Of a stretch of 64,000 bases of DNA, positions 16,672 to 26,417 are shown piece by piece. Every line of letters starts with the position of its first letter. Position 1 is the first letter of the stretch. The notes beneath the pieces were generated by a model. The model ran no database searches, was not told where the DNA came from, and saw only the letters and a list, made by a program, of their open reading frames with translations. The position numbers and the translations under genes were made by a program. Source of the stretch: an uncultured Clostridia bacterium (lineage in GTDB: Bacteria; Bacillota; Clostridia; Oscillospirales; Oscillospiraceae); the NCBI GenBank assembly GCA_947173485.1, contig CAMWFH010000004.1, positions 49,767-113,766 on the forward strand, in the 5' to 3' direction.

Positions 16672-17826
16672 TCAGGCCAGCACCCGGATGGCGCTGTCCG
16701 CCTGGAGGGCGGCCACCTGGGCCGCCGTCATGGGGATGGTCATGACCGCGCCGGGAGCCAGGGTCCGCTCCGCCGCGCCGCCGGTCTGTCCGCCCCGGAC
16801 GAACCAGGGCGTGGCCAGGTCTCCCGCGTCCACCAGATCCGCCGGCTGGCTCCAGTCGAGGGTCCGGCAGCAGGAGCGGTGCTGGAGGATATCCAGGATA
16901 TCCCCCACCACGGCGCTGGCCGTGGGCAGGTCACCGGCGCCCCGGCCATAGAACATGGCGTCTCCCACCGCGTTGCCCCGGACCAGGATGGCGTTGAACA
17001 CGTCGTCCACCCCGGCGATCGGGCTGCTCACCGGCACCAGGTGGGGGGCCACATAGGCGGTCTGCCGCCCATCGGGCAGGCGGAGGGCCCGGCCTAGGAG
17101 CTTGACCCGGTAGCCGTTAGCCTCCGCCAGGCGCACGTCCTCCGGGGTGATATGGCTGATGCCCTCCATGGAGATCGCTTCCGGGCGGACCTCCCGGCCC
17201 CAGGCCAGATCGGAGAGGATGCAGATCTTCCGTCCGGCGTCCAGGCCCTCCACATCGGCGGTGGGGTCCGCCTCGGCGTAGCCCTTGGACTGGGCCTCCC
17301 GCAGGGCCTCTTCAAAGGCGATGCCGCCCTGGAACATCCGGGTCAGGATATAGTTGGTGGTGCCGTTGAGGATGCCGCAGATCTCCTGGATCTCATTGCC
17401 CGCCAGGCACTGCATCAGGGGCCGCAGGATGGGGATGCCGCCGCCTACGCTGGCCTCGAACAGATAGCTGACGCCGCGCTCCTTGGCGATGGCCAGCAGC
17501 TCCTTCCCGTGACCGGCCACCAGCTCCTTATTGGAGGTGACCACATGCTTGCCGGCCAGCAGGGCCCGGCGGGTGAACTCCAGGGCGATCTTCGCCCCGC
17601 CGATGGCCTCCACCACCACCTCTACCTCCGGGTCCTTCTCGATGATGGAAAAATCCTTGATCATACGGTCCGCATAGGGGCTGTCGGAAAGATCCCGGAT
17701 ATCCAGAATATACTTCAGGTAGACCTCCTCGCCCAGCCGTTCTTGGATGATGCCGGCGTTCATCCGCAGCACCTCGGCCACACCGCCGCCTACCGTCCCA
17801 AAGCCCATGATCGCAACCTTTGCCAT
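16672..17826 (-). CDS. hom: Homoserine dehydrogenase
   Basis: MAKVAIMGFGTVGGGV..., VTSNKEL, and the typical ASVGGGIPI. Confidence 0.95.
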   Translation of the reverse strand: MAKVAIMGFGTVGGGVAEVLRMNAGIIQERLGEEVYLKYILDIRDLSDSPYADRMIKDFSIIEKDPEVEVVVEAIGGAKIALEFTRRALLAGKHVVTSNKELVAGHGKELLAIAKERGVSYLFEASVGGGIPILRPLMQCLAGNEIQEICGILNGTTNYILTRMFQGGIAFEEALREAQSKGYAEADPTADVEGLDAGRKICILSDLAWGREVRPEAISMEGISHITPEDVRLAEANGYRVKLLGRALRLPDGRQTAYVAPHLVPVSSPIAGVDDVFNAILVRGNAVGDAMFYGRGAGDLPTASAVVGDILDILQHRSCCRTLDWSQPADLVDAGDLATPWFVRGGQTGGAAERTLAPGAVMTIPMTAAQVAALQADSAIRVLA

Positions 17827-17866
17827 GACTATCTTCTCCTCTTCCTCCAGTATACTGCCGGCCCTG

Positions 17867-18307
17867 TCAGCCGGCTAAGACCTCGATCTTGACCACGCCT
17901 CCCGCCTCGCCCAGGCGGTGGATCAGCTCCTCCACGCTCATCTCCATGTCCGACGTCTCCGCCGACACCGTCAGCGCCGCGCAGCCGTTGATGGGGATGG
18001 ACTGGTTGATGGTGAGTATATTCGCGCCGGATGCGGCAAAAATAGACAGCACCGTGCTCAACACGCCTGGGTTGTCCTTCAGCATGGCGTGGAAGGTGAT
18101 GATGCGGCCGGACTTCATGTCCTGGAAGGGCTGGACCGCGTCCTTATACTTGTAAAAGGCGCTGCGGCTGATGCCCACCTGGTCCGCGGCGGCCCCCACG
18201 GTCCTGACCTCGCCGGTCTGGAGCATCCGCTTCGCCTCCGCCACCTTGATGAACACCTCCGGCAGCGCCTCCGCCGCCACGATATAGAACTTTGCCGCCA
18301 GCGCCAT
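17867..18307 (-). CDS. ACT domain protein (UPF0735/PheB-like) with N-terminal HTH
   Basis: 146 aa. First gene of the ACT-hom-lysC unit. Confidence 0.8.
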   Translation of the reverse strand: MALAAKFYIVAAEALPEVFIKVAEAKRMLQTGEVRTVGAAADQVGISRSAFYKYKDAVQPFQDMKSGRIITFHAMLKDNPGVLSTVLSIFAASGANILTINQSIPINGCAALTVSAETSDMEMSVEELIHRLGEAGGVVKIEVLAG

Positions 18308-18348
18308 CTCGTCCGCCTCCTGTGGTCATTTGTCCTTACATGCGGTCT

Positions 18349-18377
18349 ATTGTACCACAGTCCCCCCTAGATCGCAA
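18349..18377 (-). promoter_or_regulatory. sigmaA-type promoter for ACT-hom-lysC
   Basis: The minus strand reads TTGCGA, 17 nt, (TGg)TACAAT. The leader is only ~35 nt. Confidence 0.55.
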
Positions 18378-18514
18378 CCGCTGGCAGCGCCATAAAAAGC
18401 ACAGATCTTCCTAAAGCTTTTGCAGGAAATTGTGCAAACCAACAGATCGCGCCCTATCCGCCTATTTTTTGCCCATCCGGGGCTATTTTTGAGATCTGAA
18501 AGAGAGGTCCGCCT

Positions 18515-19558
18515 ATGTCCACCCTTCTGCGCTGGTGTGCGGCGCTGCTCCTGCTCTACGCCGCCCTGCGGTGGCTGCTGCCCGCCCTTCTCCCCTTTCT
18601 GATCGCGCTGACGGTGGCGGTGGTCATCGAGCCGTGGGTGCTGTTCTGCCTGCGGCGCCTCCGGTTCAAGCGCAAGTTCTCCGCCGTGGTGTTCTCCACG
18701 CTGCTGGTGGGGGGCATATTGGGCGTGAGCGCCTGGCTGCTGCTGCGGCTGGCGGCGGAGGCAGCGCTGTGGGTGGGGCAGCTGCCCGCCGTGCTGGCCC
18801 GCCTGCCGGAGGCCCTGTCGGGGATCGAGGCGAAGTTCCACACCTTCCTCTCCGCCTGCCCAGACGAGGTGGGCCAGCTGATAGAGGAGTGGGCCCTCCG
18901 GCTGGCGGAGGAGGGGCCGGCCCTGCTGGGCAGTCTCTCCGGGGCGGTGCTGAGCTGGACCTCCGGCTGTCTCTCCTGCCTGCCCTACTGGCTCCTGTTC
19001 GCCGTCACCACCCTGCTGGCCGTCTACTACACCGCCCTGTCCTACCCGGATATCGTGCGCTTTGTCAAGCGGCAGATCCCCGCCAGGTGGCAGTCCTACG
19101 CCAAGGGGGTGGTGGGCAGTCTCCGCAGCACCCTTTGGAAGTGGCTGAAGGCCCAGAGCCTGCTGTGGCTCATCACCTTCTGTTTCCTGCTGGGGGGCTT
19201 CTGGCTGATGCGCCTGCCCTACGCCCTGCTGCTGGCGGCGGCCATCACCTTCGTGGACGCCCTGCCGGTCCTGGGCACCGGCACGGTGCTGATCCCCTGG
19301 GCCCTGTTCCATCTGCTGCTGGGGGATCTGGCCCGCTGTCTCGCCCTCCTGGCCCTCTACGCGGTCATCACCCTGACCCGGAGCCTCTTGGAGCCGAAGC
19401 TGGTGGCGTCCCAGGTGGGCCTGCCGCCTCTGGCGGCGCTGATCGCCATGTATGTAGGCTACAGCCTCTTCGGCCTGGGCGGGATGATCCTGCTGCCGAT
19501 GCTGCTGCTGTTCGTCAAGCAGCTCCAGGACGGCGGGTTCATCCATCTATGGCGGTGA
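18515..19558 (+). CDS. AI-2E family transporter / YtvI-like sporulation membrane protein
   Basis: 347 aa with ~8 TM segments and the typical ITFVDALPVLGTGTVLIPW motif. Confidence 0.8.
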   Translation: MSTLLRWCAALLLLYAALRWLLPALLPFLIALTVAVVIEPWVLFCLRRLRFKRKFSAVVFSTLLVGGILGVSAWLLLRLAAEAALWVGQLPAVLARLPEALSGIEAKFHTFLSACPDEVGQLIEEWALRLAEEGPALLGSLSGAVLSWTSGCLSCLPYWLLFAVTTLLAVYYTALSYPDIVRFVKRQIPARWQSYAKGVVGSLRSTLWKWLKAQSLLWLITFCFLLGGFWLMRLPYALLLAAAITFVDALPVLGTGTVLIPWALFHLLLGDLARCLALLALYAVITLTRSLLEPKLVASQVGLPPLAALIAMYVGYSLFGLGGMILLPMLLLFVKQLQDGGFIHLWR

Positions 19559-19565
19559 TCCTCCC

Positions 19566-19607
19566 AAAAAGACACCGCCAGGGCCCTGACCGGCGCCTGG
19601 CGGTGTC
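19566..19607 (-). terminator. Intrinsic terminator (12-bp perfect stem) between convergent ytvI-like and Rpn genes
   Basis: gacaccgccagg ... cctggcggtgtc. The minus strand continues tttttgg. Confidence 0.8.
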
Positions 19608-19614
19608 TCTCGAT

Positions 19615-20598
19615 CTATTGTTCTTCCAGCAGTTCTCTATACTTCTGCCGTTCAGTCTCTGGAACATCCAAGACCATCATCGCCTGTTCGACTGGCATCC
19701 CCATGTTTTTTACAAGGCTCTTGATGGATGCCAGGACGCCGTTGGTCCTGCCTTTTGTCATACCCTGCTCGATGCCCTTGGCCATGCCCTCGGCGATGCC
19801 CTTTTCTCTTACGCCCTTGCTCAAATTGCACATGACCGACACCTCCTCTTCCATCGTCTGCGTCATTTGGATATCGTATTCATCCTGCAAGATCTTTCGT
19901 TTCTCCGCCTCGCTGGTCTCGTGGGAGAGCAGTACGTCCAGCATCCGCAGGATACCACCATAGTTTTCCTCATCCGCATCGCCTAAGCACAGCACGATAA
20001 CAGACAGCAGGTCGTAGTTCTCGACCGGCTCCACGGCCTCGCCCACCAGATGCTCCTCCACCAGGCGATACCGGGTGATGGTGTTCTCCCGGTACTTGGG
20101 CGGTGCCATGCAGATCCAGATGGAGTAGACCTTTTTGATCTTCTCGTAATGAGAAGCAGTGAACTCCCGGCCGTGCTGGGAAGAGACCATCCGGCAGCAG
20201 TAGTATACCGCCCGTTTGAGCAGCGGATAACCAGGATAGAAGTCGTTCTGGGCCTCCACATTGATGATGATGGTGACTCGTTCCTTGGTACCGGGGACGA
20301 TAGCCCGGAAACGGATATCATAGGTGACCGTCCCCTCATGTACGGACTTATCCTCCGTATCCATGCCCTGGATGATAGGGCTGTCCTCATCCGGCAGTAC
20401 GGGTATAGTAGATACCTGGGGCTGACCCTCTATATACTTCTCCGCGATATCATTCACATCACAGTCCTTATATTCCTCCAAGCAGGCCTTCATGATACGC
20501 GCTAAGATCGACTTCTCTGACAGGACCCGCTTACAGGCGGCGTCATAGCCCGCGCTGTCGTCCGTGACGTGCAGTCCCTGGGCGATCGTCGTTTCCAT
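19615..20598 (-). CDS. Rpn-family recombination-promoting nuclease / PD-(D/E)XK putative transposase
   Basis: The ATG at 20598 follows AAAGGAGGTG. The core IINVEAQN...YPLLKRAVYY and the C-terminal repeated GIAEGMAKGIEQGMTKG tail resemble this family. Lower-GC patch with no flanking inverted repeats. Confidence 0.75.
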   Translation of the reverse strand: METTIAQGLHVTDDSAGYDAACKRVLSEKSILARIMKACLEEYKDCDVNDIAEKYIEGQPQVSTIPVLPDEDSPIIQGMDTEDKSVHEGTVTYDIRFRAIVPGTKERVTIIINVEAQNDFYPGYPLLKRAVYYCCRMVSSQHGREFTASHYEKIKKVYSIWICMAPPKYRENTITRYRLVEEHLVGEAVEPVENYDLLSVIVLCLGDADEENYGGILRMLDVLLSHETSEAEKRKILQDEYDIQMTQTMEEEVSVMCNLSKGVREKGIAEGMAKGIEQGMTKGRTNGVLASIKSLVKNMGMPVEQAMMVLDVPETERQKYRELLEEQ

Positions 20599-20676
20599 CG
20601 TCCACACCTCCTTTTCTTCTATTCTACCACAACTGCCCAGCAACGTCCACTGCTTTTTGCGTTTCAACGGCACATG

Positions 20677-22074
20677 CTACGAACGCCGCTCCACGCTGAA
20701 GGCAATGGTGACCGATGTCTCCGGGAGGTCAGAGTTGGGCGTGACCCGATAGTAGAGATAGCTGCCCCATAGCTCCTCTGCGAAAACGCCGTTATAGGTA
20801 TCTGAGATCTTTCGCACAAAGCGGTCGCTGTAGTTCCAGATGTGGGCCTTGGATTGGGCAAAGGCCTTGACGGCCAGGGCGACCCGTGTGTCATACGCGC
20901 CCCAATGGACCGCAAAGCCGTCCGCATCCGTCTCCTGGAAGGACACCTTTGTAAGAATCCCATCGGTCTCTGTGAAGGTAAAGGCAAAGCCGTCCATATC
21001 AGGGCCAACATAAATCACACTGTCCTCCGGTTGGCGGACGAAGGTGCCATCCAGCTGGAGGGCCCATGTGTTATAGCCATAGTACCGGGCCAGCTGGTTA
21101 TAGTTCTCCACAAACTCTGCCGTTGTCAGGTCTCCTCGGTGGACAGGCAGGAAGCCCACCACAACGAGGACCACACTCAGGCCAAGGAACAGCGTTCGGA
21201 CTGCCAGATACCTCACCGTATGCCGCCAGTGGAACTCCTGGGCGGTCACCGTCACATCCTCGTCCCAGGGCAGCATATCCCCGGTGACCATCACAGCCCG
21301 GTAGGACCGCCAATTCCGATACAGTGACACGATGGGGACATCGCAGCCCTCGCCATAAATGAACACCAACGCAGCCCGCCGGGCAGCCTCGGAGAATGTG
21401 AGCCGCCGGCCGTCCGCATGTTCCACCCGGATGCCCAGCAGCCACTTCCCCGGCGTGGTCCCCCAGTGGGAAAGGCAGAGCGCCTCCAACGGGACCAGGA
21501 CCACCCAGTTCAACAGGCCCATCAGCCATTTCACTATCCAAAGGATGTGACTCACGTTCACTCGGAACACCAGAATCAGGACCGCTACCTGCGTCAAAGA
21601 GACTATTGCCAGATCGGTACTTCTGGCAAAGAACCGCCGCCAGGGGCACCGCACCGGCTCCACCCGGTCGCTCTCCGGCACGGCGGGGATGGCGGCAGGC
21701 TGGCGAAGGGCCCGATCGTAGGCGTCCAGATACAGCCCTGCGTCCAGCGTGGGGAAAGCGGCGTCCTCCCGGCGCATCCGCTGGCAGACCTCCCCGGCGG
21801 CGTCCAGGGCCCGGTGTTCCCCCTCGATCGACGCCAGCCGCCGCTCCAGCGCGGCAGTCAGCGCCGTATCGCCGGCAGCCAGGGCCCGAATCTCCTCCAA
21901 AGAAAAGCCCAGGCGGCGCAGCAGCTTGATCTTCAGCAGCAGCGCCAGGTCCGCCTCGCTGTAGTCCCGATAGCCGTTCTCCCGGCGCTCCGGCGACAGC
22001 AGGCCCTCCCGCTCATAGAAGCGGACGTTGGTCCGCTCCAGGCCGGAGCGGGTCTCGATCTCTCGTATGGTCAT
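20677..22074 (-). CDS. MerR-family HTH fused to an RDD membrane domain and a ~200-aa C-terminal domain
   Basis: N-terminal MTIREIETRSGLERTNVRFYEREGLL...GYRDYSEADL is a MerR HTH. The central region has TM helices with an RDD-like segment (HWGTTPGKWLLGIRV). Confidence 0.8.
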   Translation of the reverse strand: MTIREIETRSGLERTNVRFYEREGLLSPERRENGYRDYSEADLALLLKIKLLRRLGFSLEEIRALAAGDTALTAALERRLASIEGEHRALDAAGEVCQRMRREDAAFPTLDAGLYLDAYDRALRQPAAIPAVPESDRVEPVRCPWRRFFARSTDLAIVSLTQVAVLILVFRVNVSHILWIVKWLMGLLNWVVLVPLEALCLSHWGTTPGKWLLGIRVEHADGRRLTFSEAARRAALVFIYGEGCDVPIVSLYRNWRSYRAVMVTGDMLPWDEDVTVTAQEFHWRHTVRYLAVRTLFLGLSVVLVVVGFLPVHRGDLTTAEFVENYNQLARYYGYNTWALQLDGTFVRQPEDSVIYVGPDMDGFAFTFTETDGILTKVSFQETDADGFAVHWGAYDTRVALAVKAFAQSKAHIWNYSDRFVRKISDTYNGVFAEELWGSYLYYRVTPNSDLPETSVTIAFSVERRS

Positions 22075-22097
22075 GGTCCATCCCTCCTTTTACGGCT

Positions 22098-22128
22098 ATG
22101 ATAAGGGGTATACCTGGTGTACAGTCAA
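22098..22128 (-). promoter_or_regulatory. MerR-type promoter with a 19-bp spacer containing a dyad
   Basis: The minus strand reads TTGACT, 19 nt, TATCAT. The spacer carries the imperfect palindrome GTACACCAGGTATAC (12/15 self-complementary) at 22108-22122. Confidence 0.55.
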
Positions 22129-22159
22129 GACCTTTTTTGCATTTTCCCGGAAATTTTTT

Positions 22160-22193
22160 GAAAAAGGGCGCCGCTCCCCAGAGCAGCGCCCTT
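22160..22193 (-). terminator. Intrinsic terminator after the SLH protein gene
   Basis: Stem aagggcgccgctc / gagcagcgccctt. The minus strand continues tttcaaaaaattt. Confidence 0.7.
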
Positions 22194-22201
22194 CTATGCA
22201 G

Positions 22202-24442
22202 TTACTCCGCCACGATCACACGGACCTTGCCGCCTTCCTCAGGGGCGCGGTCATAGTAGACGGTGAACTTCTCGGAAAAGCCCAGCGCCTGGGACAACTC
22301 GTCCGCATCCATCCACACATCGCTGCCCTTGAGGAAGCACTGTACTTCATCGGAGATGGGGAACAGCTGTCCGTTGTTGGAGAAGGTCATCGCCGCGGCA
22401 TCCAGCCGGGAGCGGTCAACGTTCTGCACGCTCTCTAGGGTGATGACAGCGGCCACGGAACCGCCGGCACTGAGGGCCACACCGCCCATCACGCCATCAC
22501 GGGCCAGGAAGGTGCAGTTCGCATCGTTGACTGTGCGTCCCTGACCGGCGTTTTTGACGGTGAGCTGCATAGCCGCACCGCCGCCGGTGTTCTCTGTCGC
22601 CTCCAGCCGGCCATAGGTGTAGCCGTTGCCAGTGACGTCCTTCAACACAAGAACATCGATCCGCCCGGCATAGTCCCGGCGCACGAAATCGATGCGGGAG
22701 GCCGGGACGGTATTCTGCACCAGATCTGTCAGCTCGACCTCTGTCATCGCTCCGTTGCCCACCCGGTCATAGACCTTCACGCCCGGCGCAAGAGACAGTG
22801 TGCCCACTGTCTTTGCCGCTACGTTCAGACTGCCGCTGGCATTGCTGCCGGACACGCGGGAGAGACTGACCTTGCCCTTCTGGTAGGATGTGACATTGAC
22901 CAGCTGGCCCTTCAGGCTGTCAGTCTCCTTGTTGGAAAAGGCGCCGGGCTTCAGGACGATGCCGCTGCCCAGGAGGGTGATCGTCCCCTCGTCAAACAGG
23001 CCCACAGCCGTGGCCCGCAGGGTGCTGCCCGATACGACGCCCGCCACCTCGCCGGTCTCGGTCAGCAGCATCGTGACCATATCGCCGAGCTTGAAAGCGG
23101 CCAGGTCCCCATGGGCGCAGTCCAGTACCTGGAAGGTGGTGCCCATCACCGTGATCTCGTCCGGCGTCTGGAGGTTGGGCTTGGCGTTCTCCAGGATGCC
23201 GGTGATGCGCAGGTCGCTGACCCGAAGGGTGTTGGCTACGCTGTCGTAGACCGCCACATCGTACTGCCGCAGGTCGCTGACCTGGGCCGCGGCGCCGTTC
23301 TTATAGATGCTGTAATTGGTCACACCGCCGGTGAGGGAGGTGAAGGGGTTGCCGTTGACCTTGTTCTTGGCCACCATGGCGTTGCCAGTGGCGGCGGCAG
23401 AGCCCAAGTAGACATAATCCACGCTGCCCCCCTCGTCCAGATAGAGGGTGACGGTCTTACCGGTGGTGATGGCGGAGAATGCCTCGCCAAAGGTGGTCTC
23501 CTTTTCCCCGTTCCACAGGGGGGTCTTGCCGTCCACGCTGTAGGTGTGGCCGCCGGTGATGGTGATGGCCCGGGCGGTGGCGTTCTTGGAGACGGTCGCC
23601 GTCACACGGGTGGACTTGTCCGGCAGGAAGGTGAGGAACTTCCCGGTCTTTTTCTCCAGGACCATCGTCCCCCGCCGGCCGATCAAGGCGGAGGAAGGCA
23701 GCTCATTGGCTACCTTGTACACATCCCCGTCCTTGCTCGCGCCGGTGACAGTGACGCCGTCGCTGTCGGCGGAGAGGAGGATCACATCCTCCATGGCGTC
23801 ATGGACCGTCTGAACGAAGATATCCTTCCCGTCCTTGATCTCCGTCAACAGGAAATTCCGAAACAGGATGGCGGTCCGGCCCCGGTCGATGGTGCCGCCG
23901 GCAGCCAAAGCCGGCAAGCCGTCCGACAGGCCGATGGAAGCGGCGGTGGAGACGGCGCTGTGGGGCCAGCTGCGGCTGGCCTCCTCCCCGTAGCCCAGGG
24001 CCCGGAGCAGGATGGTCACCGCCTCGCCGTAGGTGATGGGCCGGTCGGGGCAAAAGGTGCCATCGCCGATGCCGGCGATCAGGCGGTAGCCGTTCTCACT
24101 GCCTCCTATGACGCGGGTGGCCGCCAGGTTGATATAGCCCTTGGCCCAGTGGCTGCGGACATCGGTGAAGATGGTGCGGGTCTCATAGGCCGCCACCTCG
24201 TCCTTCAAGCCCATGCACAGCACGATCATCTTGGTGAACTGGGCGCGGGTCAGGGTGGCGCTGGGGCTGAAGGCCCCGTTGCCGGTGCCGTCCAGCACCC
24301 CCATCACCCGCAGCGCCTCGGCGGCCTCCGCCACGGCGGGGTCCCGCACATCGGTGAACGCCGCCTGGACCGGGGACACCAGCAGAGCCGCCAGCGCCGC
24401 CGTGACCAGCAGCAGAGAGATGAGCCGTTTATATGTTCTCAT
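22202..24442 (-). CDS. S-layer homology (SLH) domain cell-surface protein
   Basis: The ATG at 24442 follows GGGAGGAGAAAG. A signal peptide ends VQA. Three SLH-like repeats (FTDVRD...AFSPSATLTRAQF, FTDVRSHWA..., GTFCPDRPITYGEAV) are followed by a long beta-rich region. Confidence 0.8.
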   Translation of the reverse strand: MRTYKRLISLLLVTAALAALLVSPVQAAFTDVRDPAVAEAAEALRVMGVLDGTGNGAFSPSATLTRAQFTKMIVLCMGLKDEVAAYETRTIFTDVRSHWAKGYINLAATRVIGGSENGYRLIAGIGDGTFCPDRPITYGEAVTILLRALGYGEEASRSWPHSAVSTAASIGLSDGLPALAAGGTIDRGRTAILFRNFLLTEIKDGKDIFVQTVHDAMEDVILLSADSDGVTVTGASKDGDVYKVANELPSSALIGRRGTMVLEKKTGKFLTFLPDKSTRVTATVSKNATARAITITGGHTYSVDGKTPLWNGEKETTFGEAFSAITTGKTVTLYLDEGGSVDYVYLGSAAATGNAMVAKNKVNGNPFTSLTGGVTNYSIYKNGAAAQVSDLRQYDVAVYDSVANTLRVSDLRITGILENAKPNLQTPDEITVMGTTFQVLDCAHGDLAAFKLGDMVTMLLTETGEVAGVVSGSTLRATAVGLFDEGTITLLGSGIVLKPGAFSNKETDSLKGQLVNVTSYQKGKVSLSRVSGSNASGSLNVAAKTVGTLSLAPGVKVYDRVGNGAMTEVELTDLVQNTVPASRIDFVRRDYAGRIDVLVLKDVTGNGYTYGRLEATENTGGGAAMQLTVKNAGQGRTVNDANCTFLARDGVMGGVALSAGGSVAAVITLESVQNVDRSRLDAAAMTFSNNGQLFPISDEVQCFLKGSDVWMDADELSQALGFSEKFTVYYDRAPEEGGKVRVIVAE

Positions 24443-24461
24443 AGTCGTTCTTTCTCCTCCC

Positions 24462-25709
24462 TTAGTCAGCCCGCAAGGCCACCACCGGCTGGAGGCCGCT
24501 GGCCTTGATGGCGGGGTACAGGCCAAAGATGATCCCGATGGCCACGGAAATGGCAAAGGCCCCGATGGTGATGCCGGTGCTGGGCAGCAGGATGGTATCG
24601 AAGCTGAGCTTCCCCACCACCAGCGTCCCCAGATAGCCCACGCCGATGCCGAAGATACCGCCGATGCCGCAGATCATGGCGGCCTCGATCAGGAACTGGA
24701 TCACGATGCTCCGCCGCTCCGCGCCGATGGCCTTGCGGATACCGATCTCACGGGTCCGCTCGGTCACCGTCACCAGCATGATGTTCATGATGCCGATGCC
24801 GCCCACCAGCAGAGAGATCGCGGCGATGCCGCCCAGAAAACGCTGCTGCATGGCGTTGGCCTCGTTCTGACTCTCCTGATACTGGTCCTCGCTGTAGGCC
24901 TGGCCGTAGCCGTAGTCCTCCGGGATCAGGCCCGCCAGGAAGTTGTTCAGCAGGGCCACGGCCATCTTGGTGGACTCGCTGTCCTTGCCCTTGGCCACAT
25001 ACTGCTCGATATCCTGGTTGTTGTTCAGGACGCGGTTCAGGGTATAGGGAGTCAGGATCACCCGGTCCAGGCGGGTCATGGCCACCTCCTGCCAGTTGGA
25101 GCCGTCCTCATTGTACTCCGTCTGGCCGCTCCCCTTGGCCTGGTACAGCCCCACCACCAGGAAGGGCATCCCGTTGATGGTGATGGACTTGCCGATGGGG
25201 TCCACCATATCGAAGAGGTCTTGGGCGGTAGCCGCCCCCAGGACGCAGACGTGGTTCTCCTTCTTGATGTCCAGATAGCTCAGGTCCCGCCCCTTGGCGA
25301 TGGCGTAGTTGTTGCAGACGGAGAACTGGTCGTTGCCCAGGTAGAGAGTGGGGCGGGTCTCGTAGTTGTCCCGGCCCAGGGTCTTGACGCCGTACTTGAT
25401 GGTGAAGTCGCTCCAGACCTCCTGGGCGGGGGTGACGCCCTTCACATACTCGTCCAGCGTCAGGCAGTAGTTATAGAGCTCGGTGGATACGTCCACGCCC
25501 CCCCGCCAGCACCAGGCCTGGATCTGGATCTTGTTGGTGCCCATGCTCTCATAGTAGCGCTGCATGGCCAGGTTCTGGCCCTGGGCGTAGCTGACCAGGA
25601 TGATCACCGCCGCCAGGCCGATGATGATGCCCAGCATGGTCAGGGCCGACCGGGCCTTGTTGGAGGAGATGGATTTCGCCGCCATTTTGACCGCCTGAGA
25701 GATGTTCAT
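24462..25709 (-). CDS. ABC transporter permease, MacB/FtsX type
   Basis: MacB_PCD-like periplasmic domain plus an FtsX C-terminus (RTREIGIRKAIGA). Confidence 0.9.
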   Translation of the reverse strand: MNISQAVKMAAKSISSNKARSALTMLGIIIGLAAVIILVSYAQGQNLAMQRYYESMGTNKIQIQAWCWRGGVDVSTELYNYCLTLDEYVKGVTPAQEVWSDFTIKYGVKTLGRDNYETRPTLYLGNDQFSVCNNYAIAKGRDLSYLDIKKENHVCVLGAATAQDLFDMVDPIGKSITINGMPFLVVGLYQAKGSGQTEYNEDGSNWQEVAMTRLDRVILTPYTLNRVLNNNQDIEQYVAKGKDSESTKMAVALLNNFLAGLIPEDYGYGQAYSEDQYQESQNEANAMQQRFLGGIAAISLLVGGIGIMNIMLVTVTERTREIGIRKAIGAERRSIVIQFLIEAAMICGIGGIFGIGVGYLGTLVVGKLSFDTILLPSTGITIGAFAISVAIGIIFGLYPAIKASGLQPVVALRAD

Positions 25710-26404
25710 AGGCCCGCGCCCTCCTTTGTCCCGTCATAGATGATCTTGCCGTCTGAGATCCGCACGATCCGCTCCGCCGTGGCGGCGATGGAGTTGTCGT
25801 GGGTGATCAGGATGACCGTGGTGCCCGCTTCCCCATGGAGGCGGTGGAGGATCTCCAGCACATGCTTGCCGGTCTTGCTGTCCAGGGCGCCGGTGGGCTC
25901 GTCGGCCATGATGATCGGCGGATGGGTGGCGATGGCCCGAGCGATGGCCACCCGCTGCTGCTGGCCGCCGGACATCTCCGAGGGCCGGTGGTGGTAGCGG
26001 TCCGCCATAGCCACCTTCTCCAGGGCCTCCATCACCATCCCGTCCCGCCGTCCGGGGGCGATGCCCTGGTAGATCAGGGGCAGCTCCACGTTCTCATAGG
26101 CGTCCAGGGCGGGGATCAGGTTGTAGCCCTGGAAGATGAAGCCGATCTCCTTGTTGCGCAGGTGGGCCAGCTCCCGGTCCGTCTTTTCGTTGACATCGGT
26201 GCCGTCTAAGTAGTACTCCCCGTAGGAGGCGATATCCAGACAGCCCAAAATGTTCATCAGGGTGGATTTGCCGGATCCGGAGGCGCCGATGATGGCCACG
26301 AACTCCCCCCGGTCGATGGTGAGGCTCACCCCGTCCAGGGCCCGGACCTCGCTCTCCAGTCCCTCGTTATAGATCTTGTAGAGATCGCGAATATCGATCA
26401 GCAT
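25706..26404 (-). CDS. ABC transporter ATP-binding protein, MacB/LolD type
   Basis: Walker A GASGSGKST, signature MSGGQQQRVAIARA, Walker B IIMADEPT. Confidence 0.95.
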   Translation of the reverse strand: MLIDIRDLYKIYNEGLESEVRALDGVSLTIDRGEFVAIIGASGSGKSTLMNILGCLDIASYGEYYLDGTDVNEKTDRELAHLRNKEIGFIFQGYNLIPALDAYENVELPLIYQGIAPGRRDGMVMEALEKVAMADRYHHRPSEMSGGQQQRVAIARAIATHPPIIMADEPTGALDSKTGKHVLEILHRLHGEAGTTVILITHDNSIAATAERIVRISDGKIIYDGTKEGAGL

Positions 26405-26417
26405 GGGGCTACCTCTT

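Noticed and set aside
16601-18377. Lysine riboswitch or T-box controlling lysC/hom.
   Set aside because: The hom-lysC and ACT-hom intergenic gaps are 71 and 40 nt, and the leader from the predicted promoter at 18349-18377 is only ~35 nt. That is too short for either element.
19615-20598. Rpn/PD-(D/E)XK 'transposase' as an active insertion sequence.
   Set aside because: I could see no terminal inverted repeats or target-site duplication around the gene. Rpn-family genes are usually domesticated solo nucleases. It is reported only as a CDS in a lower-GC patch.
22202-24556. N-terminally extended versions of several ORFs in the track: 22202-24556, 9080-9751, 10719-11651, 11363-12406, 12996-13955, 43035-44375, 44107-45681, 47943-49091, 55317-56885 and 38575-39186.
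   Set aside because: The extensions overlap the upstream gene or terminator, have shadow-frame composition and lack a Shine-Dalgarno. Internal ATG/GTG codons with good Shine-Dalgarno sequences give N-termini typical of the families (signal peptides, lipoboxes, MKxL... starts).
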